From Eutreptiella sp. 'Long Island Sound 2002' (lineage: Eukaryota; Protista; Euglenida), in assembly GCA_964036045.1 (NCBI GenBank), contig OZ038378.1, positions 179,986,001 to 180,050,000 of the forward strand: DNA of 64,000 nucleotides. The letters run 5' to 3'. Positions within the stretch are counted from its first letter, which is position 1. Every line of letters starts with the position of its first letter. The notes beneath the pieces were generated by a model. It saw only the letters and a program-made list of their open reading frames with translations. It did not search any database and was not told the DNA's origin. Below are positions 1 through 11,079 of the stretch, one piece after another. The position numbers were made by a program, and so were the translations under genes.

Positions 1-1
1 C

Positions 2-2824
2 GATCTGTGGATTGGGTGGAGGGCGCCGTCGTGCGGGACGTCGTGGACCGCCTGCCCGTCCGCTGCGCCCGGGAACAAGGGACAGCTGCAGCTCCGCGAG
101 ATCCGCGTGTGGTCCGTCGCGCGCACTCGGGAGGAGATCGCCGCCTGCGCGCCCCACGGGCCCGGACTGGAGACCTGGCTGCCCCTGCAAAAGGGCCCAG
201 GCTCTGGACCCGGCCTCGGCCCCAGCCCGGGCCCCCGGGAGCTCCAAGACACCACCTCAAAGACGTGGACTGTGGTGGGGCCCCACTCCTTCGAGCGCAG
301 GTGCTGGGACCATGTCTTCGGCGCCACCCTCATCGTGCAGGCGCTGCAGCGGCATCGCACCCATCTCGGGGTGCTGCGCGCCGCCTGCCACGCGCTGCTG
401 AACCTGACCGTCGACGACGGCGTTGCCGTCCAAATTGTGAGGAACGAGATGACGGTCGACGACGGCGTTGCCCTCCCGATCGTCAAGACCGAGACCGGCG
501 TCAAGGCCATCGTGGACGCCATCCGGATCTGCCGGAAGTGGGAGGACCCGTTCCCCACAACGCAGTCACTGGTGTCGACGAAGTGCTTCCCGCCGCCGAA
601 GGACCGCGCGCTGGACCAGAACTGGGAGCGGAAGCCGGTGTGGGCGAGCAACCCCGCGGTCACGAACCTGTCGGCCACGAACATCGGGGAGAGGATGGTC
701 CTGGTCATGCAGTTTGGCGTAGGCGCACTGCGGAACATGGCAGAGGTGGACGTGAACCGCGCCCCGCTGACTGCGCCCCAGCGGAAGGCTGTGTACGTGA
801 TATCAGACGCACTGCGAGCGCACCTTCCAGAGCGAGCGCTGCAGAAGGCAGGCTGTGAAGCCTTGCGGTATCTGGCGGCGGAAACCCAGAAAGAGAGTGA
901 GACTCAGACCCGCCCTCTGGAACGCAGAAGGCTGATCTACGAGAAGAACGGGTTCAAAGCGTTAATCAAGGCAATGGAATTCCAGAAGGACGAGGCGGTG
1001 CAGTACCCGAGCTGCGAGGCGCTGCTGAGCCTGACCATGTGCCCTGAGTTGCACGCAGACTTGGTGGGCCCGGTAAAGGGACAGGGAATCTACAAGGCGA
1101 TCAGAATTGTGCATGAGCACAAAAAGGCGGATGCCTACCTGCAGACGCTTTGCTTCAGGATGCTGTACCACTTGACTCTGGAACATGCTGATAAGCTGGA
1201 ACAGAAAGGGGTGAATGCCTTTTATAATGCCATGGCCTTTCACAAGGACGAGAGGGAGGTACAATATTGGGGTGAGAAGGTGCTGGACCGGCTCCGAGAA
1301 CAGAAGCGCATAAACCCTCAGTTGGCCATCGAACTTCGAGACACCCCACAACGACAACGAGAGAACAAGAAGAAGACGCAAACTGCACTGAGCGACGCGT
1401 CCCAGGGTGAGAATAAGACAGTTGCATCGCCCTCTGCTGACGATGCGAAGGATCGTAAGGAGAGTGTTGATCGTGCCTTGGAAGAACAGCGGGTCGTATT
1501 GGAAGACGCGAGGGCTGCGTTGGAGGCCGAGAAAGCTGATTGGGCAGCGCGGTGGGCAAAATGGCAAGAGGAGAGCGCGGCATTCGAACGAAAGAGTGCT
1601 GCACGGTGGTGTTTGGAGGTTCAGCAGCAGAGCGAAGATACACCCAAAGAGGAGACTGAAGAGCAGAACGATGCTGCGTCGGAGTCGAGCAGAGATTCAG
1701 ACAAAGCATCCAAAGCGGAGACCGAAGCTCTCAACGATGCAGCCCTGAAGCAGAACAACCAGTCACACAAAAGCAAGCAGGCAGCATCAGGCAAGCAGGC
1801 AGCATCAGGCAGGCAGGCGGCATCAAAGAAGACTAAAAAACAAGATGGCATAGTGTCCAAGGAAAGCGAAGATGCTGATAAACAGAAGCAACAGCATGAT
1901 GGGAGTGAGGACGAAGAGGACAAAGAGGAGGATGAAGCAGAGGACAGAGTGGCGAATGCACAGGATAGAGCAGAGGAGGATGCAGACGACACCAAGGAAG
2001 ACGCAGGGGAGGACGAAGCCGACACCAAAGATGAGGACGAAGAAGAAGACGAAGCACCAAGCAAGCAGGCAGCATCAGGCAGGCAGGCGGCATCAAAGAA
2101 GACTAAAAAACAAGATGGCATAGTGTCCAAGGAAAGCGAAGATGCTGATAAACAGAAGCAACAGCATGATGGGAGTGAGGACGAAGAGGACAAAGAGGAG
2201 GATGAAGCAGAGGACAGAGTGGCGAATGCACAGGATAGAGCAGAGGAGGATGCAGACGACACCAAGGAAGACGCAGGGGAGGACGAAGCCGACACCAAAG
2301 ATGAGGACGAAGAAGAGGACGAAGCACTAAGCAAGCAGGCAGCATCAGGCAAGCAGGCGACACCCAAGCAGAATGGAGACAATAGATCATGCAAGCAAAG
2401 CACAGAAGCCGATAAACAAAAACACGAGTACGACGTCGAGGATGACGAAGAAGAGGACGACACAACGGAAGACACAGAGGAGGACGAAGCGGACAACACA
2501 GATAAGGACGAAGAAGAGGACGACACAACGGAAGACACAGAGGAGGACGAAGCGGACAACACAGATAAGGACGAAGAAGAGGAAGAAGAGGAGGTCGAAG
2601 AGGAGGAAGAGAAGGAGCACGAAGAAGAGAAAGATGTAGCCCCCAAGCAAAGCAAAGATAGGAGCGAACAGGACGATGGCGAAGAGAACACCGATGATTC
2701 TGGGGACATTGGAGATCAGCATGGGCAGCAGGGGATCGTCTTTTACGGAAGCCCCGGTGGGCATCATTCTCCTGCACGACGGCGTGACAACGGCATCAAG
2801 GCTCAGCAGGGTCGACAAGGATGA
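2..2824 (+). CDS. 5'-partial protein: LamG/concanavalin-like tail, armadillo-type repeats, coiled coil and long acidic low-complexity C-terminus
   Basis: Frame is open from base 2, upstream of the ORF-track start at 107. LREIRVWSVARTREEI...GLETWLPLQKGPG resembles the end of LamG-like domains. ARM-like helices include LRAACHALLNLT, GVGALRNMA, LQKAGCEALRYLA and VQYPSCEALLSLT. The last ~400 aa are D/E/K-rich. Confidence 0.75.
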   Translation, partial: DLWIGWRAPSCGTSWTACPSAAPGNKGQLQLREIRVWSVARTREEIAACAPHGPGLETWLPLQKGPGSGPGLGPSPGPRELQDTTSKTWTVVGPHSFERRCWDHVFGATLIVQALQRHRTHLGVLRAACHALLNLTVDDGVAVQIVRNEMTVDDGVALPIVKTETGVKAIVDAIRICRKWEDPFPTTQSLVSTKCFPPPKDRALDQNWERKPVWASNPAVTNLSATNIGERMVLVMQFGVGALRNMAEVDVNRAPLTAPQRKAVYVISDALRAHLPERALQKAGCEALRYLAAETQKESETQTRPLERRRLIYEKNGFKALIKAMEFQKDEAVQYPSCEALLSLTMCPELHADLVGPVKGQGIYKAIRIVHEHKKADAYLQTLCFRMLYHLTLEHADKLEQKGVNAFYNAMAFHKDEREVQYWGEKVLDRLREQKRINPQLAIELRDTPQRQRENKKKTQTALSDASQGENKTVASPSADDAKDRKESVDRALEEQRVVLEDARAALEAEKADWAARWAKWQEESAAFERKSAARWCLEVQQQSEDTPKEETEEQNDAASESSRDSDKASKAETEALNDAALKQNNQSHKSKQAASGKQAASGRQAASKKTKKQDGIVSKESEDADKQKQQHDGSEDEEDKEEDEAEDRVANAQDRAEEDADDTKEDAGEDEADTKDEDEEEDEAPSKQAASGRQAASKKTKKQDGIVSKESEDADKQKQQHDGSEDEEDKEEDEAEDRVANAQDRAEEDADDTKEDAGEDEADTKDEDEEEDEALSKQAASGKQATPKQNGDNRSCKQSTEADKQKHEYDVEDDEEEDDTTEDTEEDEADNTDKDEEEDDTTEDTEEDEADNTDKDEEEEEEEVEEEEEKEHEEEKDVAPKQSKDRSEQDDGEENTDDSGDIGDQHGQQGIVFYGSPGGHHSPARRRDNGIKAQQGRQG
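1790..2330 (+). repeat. In-frame 270-bp (90-aa) near-perfect tandem duplication in the acidic tail
   Basis: GACTAAAAAACAAGATGGC occurs at 1831 and 2101 (offset 270); the peptide block is repeated almost identically. Confidence 0.95.
2443..2580 (+). repeat. In-frame 63-bp (21-aa) tandem duplication DEEEDDTTEDTEEDEADNTDK
   Basis: CACAACGGAAGACACAGAGG occurs at 2461 and 2524. Confidence 0.95.
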
Positions 2825-2834
2825 CATGGCATGT

Positions 2835-3226
2835 CGGGTTTTCACTTCTGGGGGGGGGGGGCAATAGAGCCCGCAAAAACTGGGGGGGGGGGGGGTTCGG
2901 GAAAAGGGCTCAATTGACAGGCACCATTAATCAGTCATTATGAAGTCTGGCGCCAAAGGCGCCGAATTTTTTTTTGAGCATTAAAATTGGTCGATCTTTT
3001 TCCACCAAATATATGGCAAATGATGATTTTTCTGAACCCCCTCAACCTGATTCCAAAAATCCCATTTTCTTTCTTTCCCGATTTTTGGGTCTGGGTCACC
3101 TCTGAGGCCCGGGGGTCAGTCTCGGTAGGATTTTGGGGGTCCTGTCAATTGAGCCCTTTTTTTGGGGGGGGGTCCTGGCCGGAGGGCTCTATCGACCCCC
3201 CCCCCCCCCCCGGAAACGAAAACCCG
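2835..3226. mobile_element. MITE-like element with long interrupted terminal inverted repeats containing G/C homopolymers
   Basis: CGGGTTTTCACTTCT-G12-CAATAGAGCCC pairs with GGGCTCTATCGA-C16-GGAAACGAAAACCCG. There is a perfect inner 20-bp IR at 2902-2921 and 3141-3160. No TSD seen. Confidence 0.75.
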
Positions 3227-3632
3227 GCCTCCCCATCGTTTGCGTGTTTGGCGGTCGAACATGCTCCTCACGACACACAACAATCCTGTGGGCGTGGACA
3301 CCAAGGAGATACCTCTCGGGCGGAAGGGAGTCCAGGCAATGCAGACTGCCTGCGAGAGCTAGCGGGTACAGGCAGACTGGGTGTCCACCAAGAGGGGGGA
3401 TAAATGCGGGATGAATGCAGAGTCCGCAGCTCTGCATTCCCCACCCGCCTGCGCGCATGCAGCGTGTGCGGCAAAGGAACAATACCCGGGTGCCCCCCAT
3501 GCCTGCCCTCTGTGCAGCACACCAGCATCCCCCTCCTGCCTACGCTCGGGCCACTTCCCCTGCTGCTGCATGGCATGACAACTTGGGGGTTTCAGGGGCT
3601 TTGGACTGGGGTTTGATGATACTTGAGGTGCA

Positions 3633-4905
3633 TCCTTCAATTAGTAGATTCGAACGCCTCTGATTCACCCCTTCTTCCACAACCTTGTTGCTCACCCTGC
3701 AGCACACATAGTACGGATTAAACCCTTTCCCTACCCTCAGTATAAGTAGTCACACTGCCGAACGAGTGCTAGCATAGCTTGCCGAGTGACAGGTGTGCAA
3801 TACTTTTGTAGTTGCATGCAGGCAGTGTGTAGATATATGGAAGATTTGCCGTATACAGCAATCATCAGCCTTGCATCGAAAGTTTGAGTTGACGACTGCC
3901 AAGGCCGGCCAATTGTACTTAGTAGCTGATATCGCTGTGCCAGTCACATAGTTAAAGCGAGGTGCAATGACGACTGTACTTTTTACGTCATTAGCCCTTG
4001 GAGGATTAACCACACAGCCCCTCATGTTGTCTCCTTTATTTGTCGGGCGTTCCAATGGGACTTAGCTGCCCAATAGTTGTTTGCCGGATTGTCGACATTG
4101 TGCTTCTCTGGTCCTGTCAGTGGCTTGGAAGCGGTCGCAGCCCGGTAGCCAAGGAGGTTTTGAGGGGGTCCCAGGGAATGGGCTTCCATGTCGCTCCTGC
4201 TGTCTCCCTCTGCAGCAATTGTCTTCTCATCCAAACATCTTGGCATTGCGGCACGCTACCTCTTGAGCAATCACATTGCATTGCCATACAAGAAGCCATG
4301 GCACGAGCAGCTGCCATGCAGCAGTCGGTGCTCCCTGTCTTGGAAAGTGTGCAGCTCCTGAGACTCTGGATTCTCCCAGTTTTTGTCCTGGGCGCCTGTG
4401 ATATTGCCATCAGATAATGAGATGATTTGGCTTCAGACCATTTACAATGCAGCCCTGGGTTGCTTTGTCTAGTGTCAATCGACGATGTTCTAGTTTCCGC
4501 CAATGGCCCTTTCACGTCCCCCGAAAAAGAGTGCATCAGCCACTGGGGGTACAGCCCCAACACCTGCACCTCAGCGCAAGCACCGGCGCTTGGATGACCC
4601 TTTCCGCTTCTAAAGTTCCCCTGCCACTTGCGGTGTTTCTCAATGGCACGACTATGTGTTTCGGCGGCTCTGGAATGGGCTGTTATGAACACGCCTGTGG
4701 ATGTCAATGCTTTCACTGACGACCCCTCCTTTGACTTAACAGTCAGATTCGGACACCCCTGGTTCCCCCGGCCTTCTACAATTGTGCCTGCAGGACACAG
4801 AGTACAGATCCCTCAGACCCCTCAACCCTCTATCCGCAGCAGAAGTAGTCGCACTGCCTCGAGGTCGCTGAACGAGTGCTGGCATAGCTCACTGAGTGCC
4901 AGGAC
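3633..4905. repeat. Two diverged direct copies of a ~170-bp sequence (about 3633-3800 and 4724-4905)
   Basis: Shared blocks such as AAGTAGTC(A/G)CACTGCC and GAACGAGTGCT(A/G)GCATAGCT; probably decayed mobile DNA. Confidence 0.55.
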
Positions 4906-5362
4906 TACGCATGCTTTTGCAGTTGCATGGAGGAAGTGTGTGTCTGTGTGTGTGTATGTGTGTTTCTTTCTGAGTGTCTATTTAAGGCGCCTAGTGCAGG
5001 CGGGACATGCTTCTGTTTTTGTTCTGCTTTGCACCTGATGAGATCTAGTACACTCAGGCCGCCTTTTGCAGTGCCCTGTTTGTCGCGACCGTGTGTGTGT
5101 ATGTATATATATGGTTTGTTTGATGTCGGGTTTCCGCCTCCAACTAAGTTTTGCATGTTTGCTGCGGGTCGGGTGCAACGAGCTGGACCCAACTTGGGCT
5201 GGGTGCAGTGTGCAGAGCGCCGGGAGCAGCCACATGTCGCCAGACATATGCGTACGCCGGGCAGCTAGCAGCAGATCGGGGCGGCTGATGCAAGATTTCC
5301 CCGGGCTGGCTTCAGCTGGTCGGGGCAGTGTCCATAAACGAAGGGATGGAGTATGGTTCCTA

Positions 5363-5749
5363 CCCCCCCCCCCCTCCCTTGCGCATGCACGGCCTTGTCT
5401 AAGCACGGGGTGGGCGTTGAACCGCCGTTTTGAGGAAATTTTGGGACCGTTGTTTTTGTGGTCCAGAATGGAGGATTGGGTGTCTGTAGAGCGTTTGTAG
5501 AGGGAAAGAGGGGCTCATTCATGTCCGTGATGGTGCATTCTGTTCATAACAACATTGTACTACACATTGGATTCCCATGCTGCTTGTTCTGATGTGATTT
5601 TCAGCCATGGCTAACAATGTTATTCCCGGTCTGGCTGTCACATGTGTCACGCGCATGCACGGCCTTGTCCCAGCACGGGGTGGGCGTTGAACTGCCGTTT
5701 TGGCCTGACTTCTGGGACCGCGGCTGTGCTTGCGCAAGGGGGGGGGGGG
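5363..5749. mobile_element. MITE with poly-C/poly-G-led TIRs flanked by TA
   Basis: TA|C12-TCCCTTGCGCA ... TGCGCAA-G12|TA, with an internal direct repeat GCATGCACGGCCTTGTC...CACGGGGTGGGCGTTGAAC. Confidence 0.75.
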
Positions 5750-7359
5750 TACGGCCAGGAAGCTGTGAATCAGTGTGCCAGGGGCTCCCACACATGAACT
5801 ACGAACTCATGCTTGTTGCAGCATTGTAGGAATGTAGGAATGTTGAACTTTGCAGTTTGAGCATGATTCGAATTGATGCCTCGGTATATATATTATAATT
5901 ATGGCAACACAGCTGTGTAGAGAAGCATCAGGGACTCAGTGCCCTCAAGCCCAAGGCCTATGCTCCTAAATATGCACTCTCTCTCTGTAGAGAATCATCA
6001 ACATTGCATCTTTCACTTGAAAACCATCAGGTGGCCCAGCCAAGCTCGGCAGCTGACATGGCTTTCCACTTAGCAGCTGACATCGCTTAGAGCAACGCGA
6101 AGGGGGCTTTGGTCCATCTTCTCCTCCTGCTACCCCGACCTCGAGCCTTCTCTGCTTTAAGATTAGCTCAGCTGGGCCGCTGGTTCTCCGATCTGTCTGT
6201 CCTCTCTGTCTCTGCCTGGGCAGGGCTGGACACATCTGTTTGTGCCAAGTCCTGCGCTATCGCGGCCAAGATGGAGTTGTCAATTCGTCCAGTTGAAGTC
6301 AGCGACCAGAGTCTCTCATCTTCAGATGCCTCTGGTACTGCAATGGATGATTTTGCCCTGGATTGTTTGATTTGGATAATAGTGATGTGTTAAACTGAGA
6401 GTGACACTATTTACATATGCGTGGCCTGGGCCTACAGGCATCCCAGAGTCCCATCACAGCCCCAAAGCGAGGAAAGATGGGAAGACTCAACCCTCACGAA
6501 CCAGTGAGACCTGCTCTCCCCTCAGCAATCATCGGCCTGGCCAGGGCCTGGGCACCTGCCTTCGGTGGGTGTCCAAACGGTGTGGTGCATATGCCTGCCC
6601 CAGCCCCCAGATAAAATGCAATAGCCCTGCCCTGCTCCACATATAGGTGAACCCCCCAGGCCCCAAGCTTTGTTGCTACAGCAGATAAGCAAGCTCAAGG
6701 TTGGTTGCCATTGAAACAGCTTCTTTTTTAACAGCTTTCTTTCCCCAGCATGTGGATACCTGCTCTCACTAACTCCAGTGTGTGGAAATGCTGTTCACGC
6801 AGCGCACGCCTAGTGCAAATTTTTGGAAGTTGGCAATTACTCGGCCCTGGTTTGCCCCTTTTCCACAAGTTACCGGGGTTTGGGGTGTAGAAGGAGTTTA
6901 ATTCTATTGATGACATGCATTTCATTGGAATTTGTGTGAAAAGGGGTGTGGAACAGGTGTTTAGTTAGGGTTGAGGATTTCAGCCCACGCAATGTACACA
7001 CAGCTGCTTTGCAACAATATTACTCCTTTCTGCTTCATCACCCCTTCTACTCTAGACATTGGACTATGAACATGGGGAATCACCCGATGACGAGTACATT
7101 CATTTATCTCCGCTTTGGAGTTGGTGGTTTGTCACTTTACGGCATAATCCCTACTTCTGTTTTGTGACACACTACACTGATAACATGCCCATATGCTCAG
7201 TTGGTGGGTCTTGGTATGGTGTACCATTGAATCCCAAATACACTGGCAAAGGTGTGGTGTATTATTTGATCCCAATACACCGGCAGTGCGCAAAAAGAAT
7301 ATCAGGATGTGCATCACTACTATTGCGCATGTTGCACCTCTTTGCCCACTTGCGGCACT

Positions 7360-8632
7360 GGGGGGAACGTTAGCGCGCCGGGCGCGCGCCGGGCATCTTT
7401 TGTGACCCGTGCCAACTGGTGGCCTTCTAGGGGTTGCACTAAGGGGGCGCACTTAGCGCGGTGCAGCTATTTGGGGGGGGGGCGTTAGCGCGCCGGGCGC
7501 GCGCCGGACATCTTTTTTGACCGGTGCCCCACCGGTGACCTTTTAGGGGGTGCACTCAGCGCAGTGCAACTATTTGGACGTCTAGCCGTCCTAGAACCCC
7601 ATACTTTGTCATACTATGGGCATTATTGTTGTTTGACAACGGGTATTTTGATGCTTCTTTCACATTCGGGATATGGTATATTTGGATTCTCACCCAGTTT
7701 CACCATTTTCCTTCCATTTTTTGCTCGTTTCCACACTCCTAGGTTGATTTCTCCCCACCATGGGGACCCCAAGAAAGCAGGGGTAATGTAGCCATATTGA
7801 TTTCTCCCCACCATGGGGACCCCGAGCAGGCAGGGGTGATGTAGCGAATACTGAGTTTGCGCTTCGTTCTTGTGACGTGAGGCAGAAACGCCGTCCAAAC
7901 CGCTTGCGGCTTGGGGACTCATTACCATAGCGAAATCTATGGGAAAGGTAAAGGCAAAGTACCGTTTGTTAAGTACAATACAAATGACATTTGGAGTTGT
8001 TGAATTCACAGCGATTGTCTAATTATGCAAGGTGCTTTGCAGGGAAGGCGCGCAGTCCACCATGGTCTATTGGGGGGCCTTCTCCATCAGAGGGTAAATC
8101 TCGGGCTGAAGTCGGGATAGTTAATAGAAGGGTAGCGCGCCGAGTGCGCGCCGGGTGCGCGCCGGGCAAACATTCCCCCTTGGGCTTCTTGTACTGGAGA
8201 CCCATACTTTGAGATACTAGGAGCATCATGGTGACCCCTAGCGTAGGTTTTGACTTCTGATTTGTCCCCTTTGTTGGGGACCCCCGAGAATGCAGGGGCG
8301 ATGTAGCATTTCCGCCCTCTTTTGGGCCCCAACCTTCCGGTGCTATTGAGGATACCAGGTTTAAGATGAGTGTAAGGAGCACTATTGTACTGAATGTATT
8401 GACACCCACACATGTGGGACCAATGTTGTTTGTTAAGTACAATACAGATGACAGTTGGGGTTGCTGAATTCACAGTTATTGCCTTATTATGCAACGTGCC
8501 TTGTAGGGAAGGTGTGCAGTGCAACGTGGTCTACTTGGGGGGCTTCTCCATGAGAGGGTAAATCTGGGGCTGAAGTCGGGATGTTCACGGGTATATTGAA
8601 GTACAGTGCGCACGCAGTGCAGGAATATTGCC
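7360..8632. mobile_element. Tandem cluster of non-autonomous PIF/Harbinger-related elements
   Basis: Imperfect TIR GGGGGAACGTTAGC (7360) / GCAAACATTCCCCC (to 8179); subterminal GCGCGCCGGGC repeats. A ~157-bp block is repeated at 7966 and 8430. 8220-8360 is nearly identical to the internal unit of the Harbinger element at about 25870-26010. Confidence 0.65.
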
Positions 8633-9666
8633 CATAAGTGGAATGCACTGGCTTTGCCACAATGCAACAGCTATGTAGCATTGTATTGTGTGGAATCAAA
8701 TTGCATTTTCTCTCTGACATGATCAATTAATCACTCTTGACAACCCAAGTTGCCGGGAACCCGAAGTGGAGGGTCAGCAGGATCTCCTGTTACGGCCAGC
8801 TAAATCTTCCTGCCAGGCATCCAGAGCTGTACATGTGGTTTGCATAGTAAATGCTATTGGGAGTTTTGCACTTGGTTTGGATGGATGAGCATAGCACTCC
8901 CTGAGTAAAGCCTCTTATTTGGTACTGTTGTTGAGTGTATACTGCAGTGCTGGTTGTTCAGCATAGCCATTGCACTCAATTGCATCATGACAGTGTTTGT
9001 TTGCATCAATGACACATGCATTACAGAGATGGAGAAGACAACACCCCTCGATCGGTATCTGACCACGTTGAAGAGTTTGAAGACATGGGCTTGATCTGGA
9101 CCCACAACCATTGCATTCCCCACAGACCAACACCCCTGAGTGCCCTCCGATGGGTCAAAACACCACCCACCTGAACCAGCAGAAGATGCCACCCTGGGTA
9201 GTAGCACAACCCCACCACCAACCTTGGAACACCCCAAGCCCTTTCATTTTCGGAGCCTGAAATCGGCATCCACAACACTGGTTTCAACAGCAGCCATGCA
9301 AAGCATCACCCACACCCTAGACTGGGCTACTCTCACGGATGTCACTCCAATATCCATTCCACAATTAGTGGCAGATCAGATCCACCAGATCTCCAAACGA
9401 TATGGGGCGAATGATTGCACATCCTTGCTCACTGTGCAGGACAAGGGAATGATCAATCTCATGCACGCAACAGAACTACAACACCCGGTTAGCTCGGACC
9501 TACCGAGAGGGAATCTTGTGGCGCGGGGTGTGCGCACGGGGTGATTGCGGTATCTTTTCGGCAATTTTGTACTTCAGGGCATGTTGCTGTGTTACAAGTT
9601 GGGACGGCAGGGAACCACATGCTGCAGAGGTCTACTTCACAGTATGTGTACCGCCAAAGATTCCTA

Positions 9667-10033
9667 CCCCCCCCCCCCCTCCCCCTTGTATAAGCTACGC
9701 CCTTGTCCAAGCTGCAGTAGGTGTAGGGACCGTAATAATTCGGTACGCAATTTCATTGCGTACGAAAGGTAGTGCGGCCACATAAAACATGGGTTTGTCG
9801 GTGCATTTGCCAATTTCAGCACATGTGGCCCCCTGCTGTTGCACCAGGATTTTTTTTTGTCTGATGCATCCCATAGGTCCTGGATTGCCAATTTCAGCAC
9901 ATGTGGCCTGCGCACGTGTGTGTGTCGGCAGTTGTATGTGTTGCGCGCAGACCGCGCGCTTGTCCAGGCTACAATAGGCATAGGGACCGTAATAATTGTG
10001 TACATTGGCGTAGCTTATACGGGGGGGGGGGGG
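9667..10033. mobile_element. MITE with poly-C/poly-G-led TIRs flanked by TA
   Basis: Perfect 14-bp IR GTATAAGCTACGCC (9688) / GGCGTAGCTTATAC (10007) inside terminal C and G runs; TA on both sides; internal direct repeats. Confidence 0.8.
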
Positions 10034-10042
10034 TACTTCTTT

Positions 10043-10366
10043 TTGATGAAAGCTGCTTACCTTTTCAGCCTTGCAGTTTTGGGATTTCAAGGATTTCAAA
10101 ACACCCTCAGCCATTTGGTGGTAGTAACCTCAGTGGCGTGCGATCACCAACGACCCGGTCAAAAAAGAGGGCATTTTGTCAAGGTTGTAGTTACAATCAC
10201 GTCATGTTGCAATATTATCTTTTTGTCAGAGTTTCAGCAACAACGAACAAAGAAGCCTCCTTCATTGTGATGAAAGCGGGTTGCCCTTTCAACCTTGCAA
10301 TTTTGAGATTAAAAGGTAAAAACACCTCCCCCCTTTTGATGGTAGTAAGCTGAGTGGCATGCAATC
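10043..10366. repeat. Diverged direct duplication of ~100 bp (offset ~225 bp)
   Basis: TGATGAAAGC...CCTTGCA(G/A)TTTTG...TGGTAGTAA...AGTGGC(G/A)TGC(G/A)ATC occurs twice. Confidence 0.6.
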
Positions 10367-10623
10367 TCTGATAATGAGATCATAGAATAGGGCATGGGAA
10401 GCCTATAGGCATGGCAGTCTCCCACTGCATAACCTGGTTTCAGACTCAGCTAATCCTCACTGTTGTGTGCCAGATCCGCTACCACGGTCATTGTGGGATC
10501 ATGGTAGCAGTGGACAGCTGTGAACCATGATCCCCAGAGGTTATCTCGAGAGGTTACCTCGAGTACTGTGAAGCGAGAAGGCTACGCCAGCTCATCTTAG
10601 TCTGAACCAAAAAAAAGATCATA

Positions 10624-10742
10624 GGGGGAGCGTTAGTGCGCCAGGCGCGCGCAGGGCGCGCGCCGGGGATCTTTTGTGACCAGTGCCCCACCGGTGGACT
10701 GTTGCTGTTGATATGTTGGGCAACATTATATGGATTTCCCCC
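10624..10742. mobile_element. Short fragment of the GCGCGCCGGGC-type Harbinger-related MITE
   Basis: GGGGGAGCGTTAGTGCGCCAGGCGCGCGC...ATCTTTTGTGACC matches the left end at 7360; ends in TTTCCCCC. Confidence 0.55.
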
Positions 10743-11079
10743 TTGGCCCCCGGGACATCAGCAGATGTTTTGATTTGGGATGGGTATGGACCTTCTCGTA
10801 CCTGAAGTGATTTCTTTGATTTCGAAGTTGGGGGCCATGATGCCGAATAAAGTCCAAAAGGGCGGAAACAGATTCGTCGGACGACTCCAGTTCGTCTAGT
10901 GACTCCTCCGAAACCACCAGCTCAGACTCATCGAGCGACTCCTCGACCGAATCCAACAGTTCATCCAACGGGGACAGGAAGAGCAAGTCACGGGATGGAG
11001 GGGGCCTCGATGGAACGCTGAAGCCCAGGAGAGGACGCCCACAAGATTTTGAGTTCAGGTGGATCAATGGCCGCAAGTG

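Noticed and set aside
405-495. Cryptic intron with direct-repeat borders in ORF1
   Set aside because: The 45-bp duplication is in frame and both copies look coding; simpler as a tandem peptide duplication.
1621-2709. 362-aa Ser-rich minus-strand ORF and other overlapping ORFs
   Set aside because: Antisense shadow of the repetitive acidic coding strand.
3750-4716. Minus-strand RNase H remnant
   Set aside because: Only vague resemblance; catalytic motifs cannot be placed.
6000-7350. Host gene exons
   Set aside because: Multiple stops in all frames, mixed codon usage and no identifiable domain.
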